Below are positions 1 through 12,963 of a DNA stretch of 64,000 bases, one piece after another. Origin of the DNA: Chara braunii (lineage: Eukaryota; Plantae; Charophyceae); NCBI GenBank assembly GCA_003427395.1, contig BFEA01000030.1, forward strand, positions 3,647,688 to 3,711,687, given 5' to 3'. A program made the translations under genes and the position numbers. The first letter of the stretch is position 1; every line of letters starts with the position of its first letter. The notes under the pieces are model-generated. The model worked only from the letters and a program-made list of their open reading frames with translations. It had not been told where the DNA came from and made no database searches.

Positions 1-883
1 GCAAGCTGCAGGGCAGCGCACTGAGCAGCAAGGCGATGAGGCGGCAAGGCAAGGCAAGCAACAGGGCACCACGGTGAGAATTAGGTGAACAAGGCAGCAA
101 GCCAAGGCATGCAGCAGGGCAGCAAGTCAGGAGGGAAACAAGGCAGCAATACACGGTAAGCACGACAAGCTGCGGGGAGCATGGCAGCAAGCCAGGACAG
201 TGAGCATCAAAGGAACAAGGCACTGAACGGCAAGGAACAGTAACCAGCCAAATGATAAGGGCAGCACGATGTGCCAGACGACCAGTGGTGATCTTTTAGG
301 GCCAGGGTAATGTTTTCCCTCTCTGGGTGGTTCTAGTTTTAACAGACATCCAAAAGGATGCTCATGATATCTTCTCCATCCTGACATCATTCCGTATCCT
401 TGTTGTCATCGTGTGTTTTTGTTGTCTTGCAGTCGTTTCCAGGTGTTCCTTTGTCAAACGTCCCTACTAAATTTCTACCACAGCGACTGTTGCCAGTGCA
501 ACCAGTGCAAGATGATGGGACCAGCATGGCGGGCAGTAAGGATATTGCGATCTCAGGGGCGTTCTCGATTGTATCTGCATATTGTGGACTGCTTGTGAGT
601 CTCACCTCTTCTCTCTCCTCACTGTTTTTCCTCATCGTCTTAACCATCAGTTTCAGTTAGGCGCTGCAAAGCAACATGTGGCAGTGTTGTCGGTATTCAG
701 CCGCACCGTCCCACTAACCGTTCACCATGAACAGCATGGCTTGACCCTGGAGAAGCTGCCACAGTCCTCTGTGCCAAAGGCCAAGTGCACACTCACGATG
801 AGTTGCGTGATGGTGTCAGGGGATACCTCCTGCCAGTGCTGTCAGTAGGAAGAAGCAAGAGTCCTGTTATTGTCTGCTGGAGT

Positions 884-1481
884 GCCAGGTGCAGCATGGA
901 ACAATCGCAGAGGCTGCTGTCCAGTGTTTGCAAAGGGGCAAATGTGCTGTAAGGACACATTCTGATGCAGTTTTGGCCACCACTTCATGTCCAGCAATTT
1001 GGCCGAGATGTCCAAATTGCTGCACTTTGTGCCTGGAGGCTGGCAAGTACAATATACAGGTAGGTCCTGCGCTATGCCAGGTGCAGCAAGGAACAATCGC
1101 AGAGGTTGCCGCGCAGTGTTCGCAAAGGGGCAAATGTGCCAAAGGACACATTCTGATGCAGTTGTGGCCACCACTTCGTGTCCAGCAATTTGGTGGAGAT
1201 GTCCGAATTGCTGCACTTTGTGCCTGGAGGCTGGCAAGAATCAGTCAAAGTACAAAATACAGGTAGGTCCTGTGCTATGCCAGGTGCAGCACGGGACAAT
1301 CGCAGAGGTTGCTGTGCAGTGTTCGCAAAGGGGCAGTTGTGCCGTAAGGACACATTCTGATGCAGTTCTGGCCGCCACTTCGTGTCTAGCAATTTTGTGG
1401 AGATGTCGGAATTGCGGCACTTCGTGCCTGGAGGGTGGCAAGAATCAGTCAAGGACAAAATACAGGTAGGTCCTACGCTAT
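884..1481. repeat. Tandem repeat, ~3 copies of a 192-203 bp unit
   Basis: GCCAGGTGCAGCA...GGACACATTCTGATGCAGTT...TGCCTGGAGG recurs at 884, 1076 and 1279. Confidence 0.9.
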
Positions 1482-2982
1482 AGTGAAGGGTCTGAGAGAA
1501 AGCATGGCTTGAGTCACTGCCAGAGTACAAATGTGCGCTGTAATTAGTAAGGGGCACTGTCCCACAAACTGTCTGCTGGAGTGCCGGGGCACAGTACAGG
1601 ATAGTGTCATCACACCATGCGAGAGAGATGGTCGTCGAGTCTTTGCTGAGGGGCAAATGCGCGGAACCATCACGTGCTGAGCATCAAAGCATGCACTTGT
1701 AGATATTTTTACGATAGTCCATTGTCTCTATCACTCCCAGAACATGCTACAAGGGGTCGACTAGTCCGTTGTCCCTGTCATTTCCATTATATTTAGTATA
1801 TACTCCATTTTGGAATGTCCGAGTCTGGTTCGCCATCATTTATCATATCTGCGTTTACCTGCAACAGTTGATAGGATACACTTCTTTACGCCTTCGACTT
1901 CGATACTGATTTGGCTATTGTATTATGCAGCAGTTTATGCTTGGTTTTGCAAATTTGCATCCTAGGTCTGTCTACACAAACTGTTCGCAATTTTACGCCT
2001 TGTCCACCACGAAGAGATGTTGAACTGTTACAGGTTAACAGGGCATAAACGCTGTGACGCTGTAAGATTCGCTTTGCCTAAGTTTATGTTAGCTGCAGTT
2101 TTTCAATATTCTTGAATGAACCACACACCCGCATTATCATGGGATGTATTCGTTCATTTGGCTTCTTGTTCACCGCGCTCAGAGATCCCCGTTCTTATAT
2201 ACGCCGAAATGTGGTCCCTGCTCGCTCGAACTGACCAAGTGTCTGACTTCCTTTCCGGCAGTCTCGCTTCTGGGCCCTACTTCGGGTGCTCAAATATGCC
2301 CATTCCGTTAGCCTTCCACTCCAGCAGCATGCACGCTTTCAAGCCTTTATCCGGTGTGGGTTCTTCCATTCTTTCGGCATGCACACACTAGATAGAAACT
2401 CAAGCGATTCATGAGCAGTGCAAGAACTAGTGGGGGGGGAGGGAGAAAGGGGGTGCTGAAGAGTCATGAACCGCACCCATCATTGTTGTCTTTGAGCGTT
2501 AGCGAGCAGTAGGAGTCCAATGATCCATGGGGCAGATGAACTGCTGGGGGACCTTACGACGACGGGTGCCAACGTTTTTTTTTTTTGTTGTTGTTTCCAA
2601 GTGTGTATGTTTTCCATCATGTGGATGGCTCTTTGCCGTCGATAGATTCAATACCTTCAGCGAAAGGATCAGCAGAAGCTGGAATGGGCACCATTTTCAA
2701 AAGAGCACTTCCATGGCTCATTTATGCAGTTGCACAATATTGCGAGGGGTTATTCTTGTGCTTGTGCACTGTGATGCAGGTCAGTCAATGGTTACTATAT
2801 TTTTTCATTTCTGTTGTTTCTTTCAGTTGTGTGTACTTTTCCTGGCGTCTGAAGTACCAGGCCCAAGGCTTGGTTTGTGTGCGAAATGGGGTGTCAGAAA
2901 TGGCTTTGGCTTTCTGCAGCACTGTCTGTCAGATATATCAAGTATCTGAGCCCTGTAACCCCTGCTCCAGAAGTTCCGAAGA

Positions 2983-3310
2983 CAAGCAGTTCTGTTGATT
3001 TTCTGTGGATGTCATGTGTACACGGCGACTACGCGCATTGGCGGATGTTAGAAGCGCTGTAATTCTTTCGAGCACGACTCTTTTCATTCGCTGAAGGAAA
3101 GTGTTTAGGTTGATGACAGCTGGGGAAGACAGAAGAAAGAGGAGTTCCCCCCCTGCTGCAGAAGGTCACACAGCAAGCAGTTCTTTTGATTTTCTGTGGA
3201 GGTATGTGTACACGGTGACTACACACACGGTGGATGTCAGAATCGCTTTAATTCTTGAAGGAAAGCTTTTAGGTTGATGACACCTGGGGAAGAAAGAAGA
3301 CACAGGAGTT
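2983..3310. repeat. Diverged tandem duplication, period ~191 bp
   Basis: CAAGCAGTTCT.TTGATTTTCTGTGGA...GTACACGG.GACTAC at 2983 and 3174. Confidence 0.8.
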
Positions 3311-3639
3311 CTCGTGTTGAGTGCGCTTATGTATAAGCATGCAGCATGGCCCATCCACACGGCCATGGGTAGTGTGTCGAGTTTGGCCTTCACGATGGAC
3401 TTTCCCTCCACCTCTTCCCCTCGTCTGCCAGCGAGTCCGTGGGTGCTGGCCCCCCATTGTGATGGCATTTCCATTGCTTTTATCTATTTTCTTTGGTATA
3501 TTATGGTACCATGTGTTTGATTTTTTCTTTTGTTTTGTTTTTCTTCCACAGTCTGCTCTGCCGTGGTTTAGTCCCAGTCATTTTGCAAGACTCAAGTGTG
3601 AGACAAGCTGGGACAATGGCAATCGTAGACAACTCGAGT

Positions 3640-3700
3640 AGAAGAAGAATGAGCTAAGGAGAGAAGAAGAAGAAGAAGAAGAAGAAGAAGAAGAAAGAAG
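3640..3700. repeat. (GAA)n microsatellite
   Basis: Direct reading. Confidence 0.9.
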
Positions 3701-4191
3701 TTGGAACCAATGTTATCTCTCCCTCCAGATCCCGTGGTCATCAGCTGTCCTTCTTCATCGCCTTCGACATTTTGTTAATTATAATAAATAACAATACCAT
3801 TGTAACAAGGAATGAATGAACAAGAGTCAATCTCCGATTAACCCCTTTACTGCCAGACCTGATAGACATGGAGGAGTTCTCCCTCAGCTCACGCCTCCTC
3901 TCTTCTCCACTTGGTATTGGCTACTATGGCCTACACCGGAATTAGAATGCTCGGTCATTATGGCTGCATGTGGACTGGAACTTGTCCCAAATACAGCTAT
4001 AATGACCAGGCGTTCAGTTCGGGTAAGACGGTAGCTATGGCGGTTCATCCTGAGCTACCTCGGATGTTCAAGGACAGCACAAGTGCTGTCATACCCTCTC
4101 CTCTCACTACTCCCATGCCCGTCTTCCGGATGTCATCGGCAGTCCATGTCTAACCGATGCCCCAATGGGGGCCCTTCTTCATGCAGAGCCT

Positions 4192-4418
4192 ACCAGGAAG
4201 ATGTCAACCATAGCCAACCAGGAAGATGTCCACCATAGCCAACCAGGGAGATGTCCCCCATAGCCAACCAGGAATATGTCCACCATAGCCAGCAAGGAAG
4301 ATGTCCGCCATAGCCAACCAGGAAGATGTCCACCATAGCCAACCAGGGACATGTCCACCATAGCCAATCAGGGAGATGTCCACCTTAGCCAACCAGGAAG
4401 ATGTCCACATTAGCCAAA
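4192..4418. repeat. Minisatellite, ~9 copies of 25-bp CCACCATAGCCAACCAGGAAGATGT
   Basis: Direct reading; units are contiguous with no spacers. Confidence 0.95.
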
Positions 4419-4547
4419 GGTAAGTCCCCTTGCTGGTTCCCACCATTTTCCTCCTCCAACGACCACTACCTGCCCCTGGCAATGTCGGGAAGTCCGGGTT
4501 CTTTGGAGGCTCGGGGTCTCCAGATCCTGATGGCTGGCTTTGCCAGC

Positions 4548-5284
4548 CAGGGTTTTCACGTGGGGATCCCCACAGAAATCCCAGTACCTGGGGTGCCGTC
4601 CCCTCATTCCCGCGGGGGGACAGGTGCGGGGATGGGGGGTAACCAATTTTTGTGAACAGGGAAAGTTGCTCAGCGTGTTCCCCCGTGGTCTAAAACCTAC
4701 GTAAGCGCTGAGCAACAGTGGTTTTGGGGTTCAGGAGGGTGGTTAAAAAAAAAAGAATTAAAAATCCTGCCCCCGCATTGGAGCACCCCCTTCCGCGGGC
4801 GCCCCTGGCCCCGGCAAGACCCAAGCGCATCCCTGCAACCCCGTCCCCGGCCGCCACCATTCCCGCACCACCCACCCCTGCAACCCCGCCCCCTCAGGCC
4901 CGCCCCTGCGACCCTGCCCCTGCCCACACCCNNNNNNNNNNNNNNNNNNNNNNNNNNNNNNNNNNNNNNNNNNNNNNNNNNNNNNNNNNNNNNNNNNNNN
5001 NNNNNNNNNNNNNNNNNNNNNNNNNNNNNNCCACCCCCACCTCCACCTCACCCTACCTCCACAGACACACAAACACACCAATCCGCCCCACTGGCCCCAC
5101 CGGCCCCGAACCCCACCGCCCTGGCCCCTCAACCCCTCCCCACTACTCGATCCCGCGACCCCACACCTGCCCCTGCAACCCGCCAACCCCGTCACGGGTC
5201 CCGGAACCTGTCCCCACATGATCCCGCCCGTTGTCCCCGGCCCCGCAGCTCCCCATCCCTGGACCAGCATGGGGGCCATCCCTG
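4548..5284. mobile_element. Probable hAT-like non-autonomous element remnant (contains a gap)
   Basis: CAGGG-type ends (CAGGGTTTTC...GCCATCCCTG) and GC-rich subterminal CCCCG motifs; no TSD found. Confidence 0.4.
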
Positions 5285-6989
5285 GGCGACTCCCGAGGGG
5301 TCCCAAAACTGTTTTTATTTGTTGTTGTTGTTTTCCCTCCGCAAGGCATTCAGCTCCTGCCCTCGACAACAAAAGGTCCCAGAGCCCGCTGGCCTCTAAT
5401 TCCGAGCCCCCAACAATTTTCTGTGTCAAAATTGGGGATCCCAGGCCCTCGGCACCAGTTAGCTGTAGGCAAATACAGCGGCTGTGTGACCAGGCCCTGA
5501 GATCCATGTGTGCGATGTGGCCCAAGGCCTTTCCGCCAACGAGAATGCAGGAAAGAGCGGCAGCCACGTCTGGCAGTTGAGCCCCTCAACCAACTGCGCC
5601 CAGGGCACAATCTGTAAGGGCCCTGGTTGAAGATACTGGACAAGGCCCTGAAGCTACTGGGTACCAGTCGTGCACGCCCAGGCCAGAATCACTTTCCATT
5701 AAGGAAAGTGCTGCGGCCCAGTGAGTACATACCGGCCTGGAGCCTCATATGAAGCGCTGCTGCGATGTTTGCTGGCGCTTGCACACACGCTGAGAACTGG
5801 CTGGGATGGAGGAGAACGCAGCTTGGGCTAAGCAGCAGTTATAGCCCGGCTGCTGCTCATACGTCGTCAGAGAGGGATTGAGTGGAGGTCTTTGGGAGAG
5901 GGCGCAGTGTGGGAGAGAGGTGATTGGGCGGCAAGGAGGAAAGTACCTGGTGATGGTGTGAAGCCGAAGTCTCCGTTCGTCATCTGGCACCTATTCTTCA
6001 TGAAGACCCGTTGACGTCATAGCTGGATAGGGCAGTGCTTGGGTGCTGTCTGATTGTAATTTGGGTGCCAGGCACCATATTAGCAGAGCGACACTGAATA
6101 CAATGATGGTGGTGGCGAGACAAGGGCTGACATTGTCATTTGAGTTCCTTGCTTTGCTCTTATTTGGTGTTTACAGTCTTGGTGCATTCTGCTTTCTGTC
6201 CGGCCACATGGCATTCTGGCTTTGAACGAGACGATGCAATTTGGTTTCTGTACTTCGCATGGCTCATTTTCTTTGCATAGCTAGGAAGGTATACTACTAT
6301 ACTCATAGTGCACCCTCCCCCTTTTTTTCTTTTTTTTCTTTTTTTCTTTTTTCTTTTTGTTTTTCCCTTTTTTATGGGGGGAGGGGAAGGGGGGAATTTT
6401 TCCCGGGGTTGGGGGTCCCATCCCCGGACCCCTGCACCGCCGGTGGGGTTCCCTGCGCGGGGGTCGACAACCCTGGCGCCATCCAAAAGAGAGGTGGAAA
6501 AAAGGCCGCACTGGCGCTTCAGCAAAGCTTGGCGCACAGAAGAATCCGCCTCAGCAAAAGGAGCCTCAGAGGTAGTGGTGGACCTGGTGGTTTCACCTGC
6601 AGTTTACCTCTTGAGCCCAACTTGAAGGTCATCTCCCAAAACCTCCACAGTGCCCACACCCACCTCGGACTTCTCCTACCTCTCGCAACTATGCCTGCAT
6701 CCTTCACCCTCCATGCCTTCAAGTCCTCTGCCAACTTCTCCCTCTCGGCGGAGCACCAGCATGACTGCTTAATGGATGAGTGGAGTGCTTATTGCACCGA
6801 ATGATATACTCTTGACTCTCCAGCCTCGTGTACGCTTTGGTCGGGAACTACCTGGCTACTACCGTCTTTCCCCGACCGAATAGAGCATACGGTCGGTGTA
6901 ACCGTAGTTGGGCCAACTTTCAGTCTAGTTGCAGCAGTAGTCACCTTACGTCCGTGTCACCAACCGAGCCAGCCGGGTCACCTTGGTTG

Positions 6990-7352
6990 CCCGGGAGGGC
7001 CGGCCCGGCTCAAGGACCAGGGAAGGTCCCTGTAGAACCAAAAAGAAAAAGAAACTGAACAACTTTCGCCTCAGGTTCGGGTCGAAATGCGTTACCATTT
7101 TTTTATTTTATTTTTTCTTGGCAAAAGCCAGGGAAGGTCCCTGTAGAACCAAAAAACATGCAAAAAAAAAAAAAACAAGCTATGTTAATATGTTGTGCTA
7201 TTTGTGCAGAGAAAGAAACTGAACAACTTTCGCCTCAGGGTCGGATCAAAATTCGTTGCCAAATATTTTTTTAATTTTTTTCCCCTAACTCAGTTTTGCC
7301 CCGGCCAAAAAAAAAAAAAAAAAAAAAAAAAAGGTCCTGGGCCACTCTGGTA
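6990..7352. mobile_element. Dispersed MITE-like repeat, family also at 22504-22748 and 29979-30817
   Basis: Shared AAGG.CCAGGGAAGGTCC and AAACTGAACAACTTT.GCCTCAGGGT motifs. Confidence 0.65.
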
Positions 7353-7548
7353 ACATAGCCATACGTTCTATTCAGGGGAAGACAGCGGGCAAACCGAAGG
7401 TTCCCCTCTGTTGGGGGAAACATCCTTGTAGACTGATATGTACTCGTGAGCCCCGAGACTACTGTCTTCACCCCAATAGTGCGCCCAGTCACTATTGCTT
7501 TAGACAGACAGAATGTTACACGACATACACAGCTATAATGAATGGGTG

Positions 7549-8797
7549 TTTTATTATGGTGAAGACGATACACCGGTACCTGTCTACCGACAGGTCCTGG
7601 CCAATCACTACCTACTGGACATCTACGTGACCTTCTGCCCAAATCGACTTGCTGGAAAATCCCGACAGGGCCTCCATCAAATTCTACTTACGTCCCTGGT
7701 CACTACTCTATCCCAAATATGTCCCTACTGCTAACCCTCCATCCTCTCTCCGTTCCCATCTCTATCCCTCCCCCAATATGGCCAACAGAGTTGGTATATG
7801 AATGCAGACTTGCACTCAGGAAATCACACAGCATTCACACATTAGCCGCAGATCACACACGTACTCAAAGAACGGGCATTTTATTATGGTCGAGACGGTA
7901 CACCGGTACCTGTCTACAGGCAGAACCTGGCCCATCACTACCTAGCATACTTGCAAGCGCACGTTGTGCGGGCGGCTCCCTACGTGCGGCGCACGCGCCC
8001 AATGGATCCCGTGCGGCGCACAACGTGTCCAGAGAACGACCCGTCACCCTCTTCAGAAAAAAAAAAAAGACCGGGGTCGAAACGGTGCGTTTGAGCCCCC
8101 CCACCAAAATTATAAGCGAGATGAAAAAAAGTTTAAAAAACATTTTAAAAGTACTGCCTCACCTTGCTCCTCCTCCCCTTTCTCATCCTCCATGTCTCCT
8201 CCTCCCTTCTCCTTTTCGTCTCCTCCTCCTCCTCCTCCTCCTCCTGTTCGTCCTCCTCCTCCTGCCCTTCCTCCTTTCCCTCCGTCCATCTCTTCTCCTC
8301 CCCCATCTCGACTCCTCCTCCTCCTCGTCCTCGCTATCCTCGTTGTCCTCCTCGTCCATGTCCTCCATATCCCCGTCTCCTCGCCATATCCCCATCGTCC
8401 TGTCATATGACCCCCCGTTCCCCCTCCCAAAAAAAGATGAAATAATTATAAAAAAATACTAAACCTGCACGATTCCGCACAGGCACCCCCCGCACGGAAC
8501 TCCGCACGAATGTGCGGCTCGTGCGGTTTCAAGTATGCTACCTACTGGACATCTATGTGACCTCCTAGGCCCAAACCGACTTGCTGGAAAATCCCTACAG
8601 GGCCTCCAGCAAATTCTACTTCCGTCCCTGGCCACTACTCTACCCCAATGCTAACCTTCTGTCCTCTCTCCGTTCCTACACCTATCCCTCCCGAGTCCCA
8701 ACCTGGCCGAAAGAGTTTAGTACATCCATGTAGGACTTGCACTCAGGAAAGCACACGGCATACAGACATTAGCCGCAGATCACACACGTACTCAAAA
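7549..8797. repeat. Tandem duplication of a ~330-bp unit; second copy interrupted by a MITE
   Basis: TTTTATTATGGT...CACCGGTACCTGTCTAC...GCAGATCACACACGTACTCAAA present twice. Confidence 0.9.
7945..8538. mobile_element. 594-bp MITE with TIR GCATACTTG / CAAGTATGC
   Basis: Comparison with the uninterrupted paralogue (CACTACCTACTGG at ~7606) shows an insertion with TACCTA duplicated (7939-7944, 8539-8544). Confidence 0.85.
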
Positions 8798-9077
8798 CAC
8801 AGCAAAAACAAACTCAAAAAGTCAAAATTGAATTCTCCCCAACCAGATCCGACAGACAGTTGCCAGGGCCATAAGGACCTGTTTATTAAAGTTTATTTAT
8901 TTATTTATTTTAACGATTTATTTTTAAAAAGGGTTTAACTTCAGGACAGTCACAAAAACAGTTTGAAATTATAGTTCGGGCATTCCCTCGAACATAACAC
9001 ACCCCCGCATAACCCTACCTATTCAGAATGCTAGCTTGTATGCATTGCCCGAAGTGCAATTTGAGACTGTTTTTGCC

Positions 9078-9510
9078 TAGGCTGTTTTCCCGGGCGCCCG
9101 GGCACCCAACTTCCGGCCGGATACACGCCCGGGTGCCCGGCCGGGCATGACCCCCGGGCAGGGTTCCGGGCAGCCCCAGTGCCAAAAAAANNNNNNNNNN
9201 NNNNNNNNNTAGGATTGAAATACAAACGACTTTTGGCTGAGGGTCACATTATAATTCCTCACAGAATCGGAGATAAAAAAAAGAAAATAACAGAATCACA
9301 CAAAGGCANCCCCCTTTAGACCCCTTTAGCCCCTTTAAAACCAATTTATACCCCCCTCCCCCCCCCTTGACAGCCAACTCACAAAAAACGAAATGAGCCC
9401 GGATTTGGAGTCCTCTGGGAGAGCGCAGAAAACCAAAAAATATATATATATTTTTTGCATGCGCAGGTACCCCGGGTGTCACGGCCGGGTGCCCGGCCGG
9501 GCGTGAGAAT
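9078..9510. mobile_element. Dispersed GC-rich MITE-like repeat; inverted copy at ~20300-20960
   Basis: GGGCGCCCGGGCACCCA...CACGCCCGGGTGCCCGGCCGGG and TTTTGGCTGAGGGTCACAT...GATTTGGAGTCCTCTGGGA match the reverse complement of 20310-20850. Confidence 0.8.
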
Positions 9511-11281
9511 CTTCCTAGTGTTTTGCCCCCAAAAAGTGTATTTTCAAACTCTTTTTGTGACCGCAGCGTAGTTTCCCCCCCAAAAAAACTTTCCTCAGAA
9601 ATGTGCAGAATTCTAAGACTGCAATTGTACGGATTGTAGCGATCATCTTCACGCAATTGTGCCTAGCATTGCTAGCAACGAACCCCCCCTTTCCCCATCT
9701 TCATGGGCAAATCCGATCGCCCGATTGGAGAACATTCTGCAATTATGTCTGCAAGTATGCCTGTAATTATGTCTCTAATTCTGTCTTCTATGTGACTCTG
9801 TGATTATGTCTGTATTTATTTTTAAAAGGGAGACGGCCTTGAGATATCATCATTGAGCTGACCAGCCCCAGGTAATTCAGAATTACATTATTCTGCTCAT
9901 CGGATTGCATCGGAATCCGAGCTCAGGTCTGTATTTCAACAGTTCATAGGTGTACCAACTGAGCTCGGCAGGCCCATTGTAATTATGTCTGTAATGTCTG
10001 TCTGACTCTGTAGTTCAGTCTGTTATCATTTGTGTAGTGATGTCTCTCATGCTGTCATCTATAATCATGTCTGTACTGCATGTTCATTACTTTTGCCTTT
10101 TTTACATAGCGTGTTTTGGGGATTTTTGCCTTTTGTACATAGCGTGTTTGGGGGAATTTTGCCACTTTACCCTTTTTTTGGTTCTTCGAGACAGACTACG
10201 CACACTGTACTTGATGATCATCGGACACCGAAACTCAGAATCGTGCCGAAAAACCGAAAGAATCGCACTTTATTGCTTCCAAGACTTACGCACAAAACGC
10301 AAAATTAATGTACACAAACTTCATGTCTGTAATCAATGGGGGAGGTGATTTGTCAGATGATGAACGGCAGGGCATCTTTGCACCATTCAAGTGTTCCTAA
10401 CACGTCAGCCTTTTGCTGAAACGTACGGAGAACGGTACAGGCCCCCGGGACCCCCGCCGGGGCCCCGGGGCCGGGGCTCGACAACCCTGGTACAGGGGCT
10501 TGGGAGTTCATGGGCTGTGAAATTCGTGTGAAGTGTTCCTTTCCTATGTTGGGCTGTCGCCTGGCCTGGCACGCCCGGGCCAGCTGGGCAGAGGGGGGTC
10601 GCCTGGCAAAACCAGACGGGTCACGAATGAGGCAAGGATCCCCCCCCCCAAAAAAAAAAAAAAGGACGCCCGGTCTTAACTTCGGTTTGGGTGATGGGTC
10701 ATCCAGGGGGGGTTGGGGGTTATAAAGTTATAGATAGTGACTAAAGGGCTTAAAAGGGTACATTTTGGTGCCCGGTCCGGGCCGCGGGGGAGGGTAACCT
10801 GGCGACCTTTCCCCAGGGGCCATGCTAACTTTCCTTTTCTGTATCATTTGAACTTTAATGGATTGCCCAGAGGGCCCAAAGTGTCTGTGGGCGGCCCAGT
10901 GTCTTCAGTAATACAGAGGCCGGTACAGGTACTGTGCCAAATTTTCAAATGGCGAAGTACCGATCAGTCGGTGGTGACTTTCATATCCAAATTTTGGACC
11001 ATTTCGTGATTTAGTATTTATGCTTGTCATCCTTGCACAGGGGCATGCAAATCTTCCCTTTTTTTGTTTTTTCCTTCTTTTTTTTTGTTTGTATGTCGTT
11101 CCAATTTTAACGGATGTCCCAAAGGACTTTTAGTCTTGTCAAAGTGCATTTTTTGGTTTGTCGATTTAGCTTCGGATGGACTGGTGGTGGAAGCGAACTT
11201 TAACTTCTTTTCTTTTCTTTTCTTTTCTTTTTTTGGGGGGGGGCATGACTTACGTGCCGCCAACTGAAAATATTGCTGGTA

Positions 11282-11347
11282 TCAGTCTTGAAAACTGACG
11301 TATTATGATATTACAAAATATCAGGGGTTTGAATCCCTCTCCGTCCG
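11282..11347 (+). pseudogene. trnS: 5'-truncated organellar (mitochondrial-type) tRNA-Ser(UGA) fragment, probable NUMT
   Basis: Anticodon arm TCAGT-CT-TGA-AA-ACTGA, long variable arm GTATT...AATAT, T arm and acceptor GGGGTTTGAATCCCTCTCCGTCCG; resembles plant mt trnS(UGA) from memory. Confidence 0.75.
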
Positions 11348-11359
11348 TTCATGTAAAAG

Positions 11360-11495
11360 AGGCAGACTAGGGAACTCTGGGCTGGAAAGCAGCTCATTGA
11401 AAGTCGCAACAATTTTTTATTTTTTTTTTAATTAAAAAAAATAAATTGTCACTTTCATCGAGCTGCTTTCCAGCCCAGAATTCCCAAGTCTGCCT
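11360..11495. mobile_element. 136-bp foldback (hairpin) MITE
   Basis: AGGCAGACTAGGGAACTCTGGGCTGGAAAGCAGCTC pairs with GAGCTGCTTTCCAGCCCAGAATTCCCAAGTCTGCCT; T-rich/A-rich centre. Confidence 0.85.
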
Positions 11496-12115
11496 AGTCG
11501 GAAGATCTATATATAGCTATTAACTGCAAAAAAGGGGAAAAACAAATCTACAGCTGCCAGTCCAGAAGGGCCTACTCTAAACCTGTCCTTCAGAGATTCT
11601 ACGGACAGGTCCAAGGTTCGAGTCCTGGCAGCAGCAGACAGCAAAAGACTCTGAAATCCAAGAGACAATTGGAGCGGGTTGCGGGCTCAAATCCCGCTGC
11701 CCCGAGTCTCGTGGAAGTTGAGTACGCCGTAGTACGGAAAACATGAACAAACAAAAGAAGAATGCGCGAGAGAAATGAAGTGATATCTGAGTGAGCGGGT
11801 GGGCCCGCTGTGCCAACAGGTGGGCTGATCCTGGTGCGTGAAGCCCCCTACCGAACTGCATCCCTGGGTCATATCTCCAACAGCGGTGCAACAAAGGGTG
11901 TCGCTCCACAACTCAACATAGGATATGTATCTGGACACAATTTGCACCGCATACATTCAGACTGATCGAAAGTTTTGAATGTACTGGGACCATCACCAGC
12001 GCAAGATACACTCTAGTGTGTTGTGCAGTGGAGCGAGGCCCAAAGCATCGCAAAGCTACAAGAAGCAGACAGACAAACAAGAGCATCTGATGATGATGGT
12101 AATTGCAGGGAGCAT

Positions 12116-12169
12116 GTTTGTTTGTTTGTTTGTTTGTTTGTTTGTTTGTTTTTTGTTTTTGTTTTTTTT
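12116..12169. repeat. (TTTG)n microsatellite
   Basis: Direct reading. Confidence 0.9.
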
Positions 12170-12831
12170 GCAGGGAGCATGTTTGTTTGAATCTGGATGG
12201 AATCAGATGAACACACAAAAAAAGTTTGGGGCTACCCTCCCTTTGGAAACGAAGCGAAAATGGAAATCAGTCGGACAAACGAGCAAAACTTCACGAAATG
12301 ATGGAAGTTCTGTCCCCCATTATGGCAGCCCCCGCCGCCGGGCCATTGTTCCCAAACTCAAAAACCGGTCATAGCTCAATTGTTTTATGGAGAGAAATGG
12401 GGAGAATCTTTCCAGGAGGCAGGAGAAGCGGTCTGAATGAGCCACGGTTTTTTCGTGCACAGAGGTGAGGTGAAGTAAAAAAAAAAGTGCATGGGGAAAA
12501 AACAAAGAACAAAAAAGCGCATGGCGCGTAGTCCCCGAGTAAAATAAAGGAACAAAACAAAAAAGTGCATGGGAAGGTCCTAGGCTGCTGGTATGTGCCC
12601 AAAGTGGAGTGTTCACCTCCAGCCAATTGGCCTCGCACCACTACACAACATTCTACGTGTATATGGATGGAATATGGACCATATTCATTCAGAAAAATCC
12701 ACCATCTTGAATGTTTTTACACCATCAACAGCTTCAGCTACATTTGGCGTGTGGTGAAGTGAAGCGAGGGCCAATGTGTGGCATCCTGTCTGCCATGCAT
12801 GCTGCTGGTACTGTTGTTGTTTTCCTTTTTG

Positions 12832-12963
12832 AGGGCTGGGGAAAAAGGCAAAACAGACACTGGCAGGGCTGGGGAAAAAGGCAAAACAGACACTGGCAGG
12901 GCTGGGGAAAAAGGCAAAACAGACACTGGCAGGGCTGGGGAAAAAGGCAAAACAGGCACTGGC
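12832..12963. repeat. Minisatellite, 4 copies of 33-bp AGGGCTGGGGAAAAAGGCAAAACAGACACTGGC
   Basis: Direct reading. Confidence 0.95.

Noticed and set aside
3838-3856. piggyBac-like end TTAA|CCCCTTTACTGCC
   Set aside because: No partner inverted end or transposase found in the window
4192-4418. CRISPR-like appearance of short repeat arrays (also 12832-12963 and 51711-52325)
   Set aside because: Units are contiguous with no unique spacers, no cas genes, eukaryotic context
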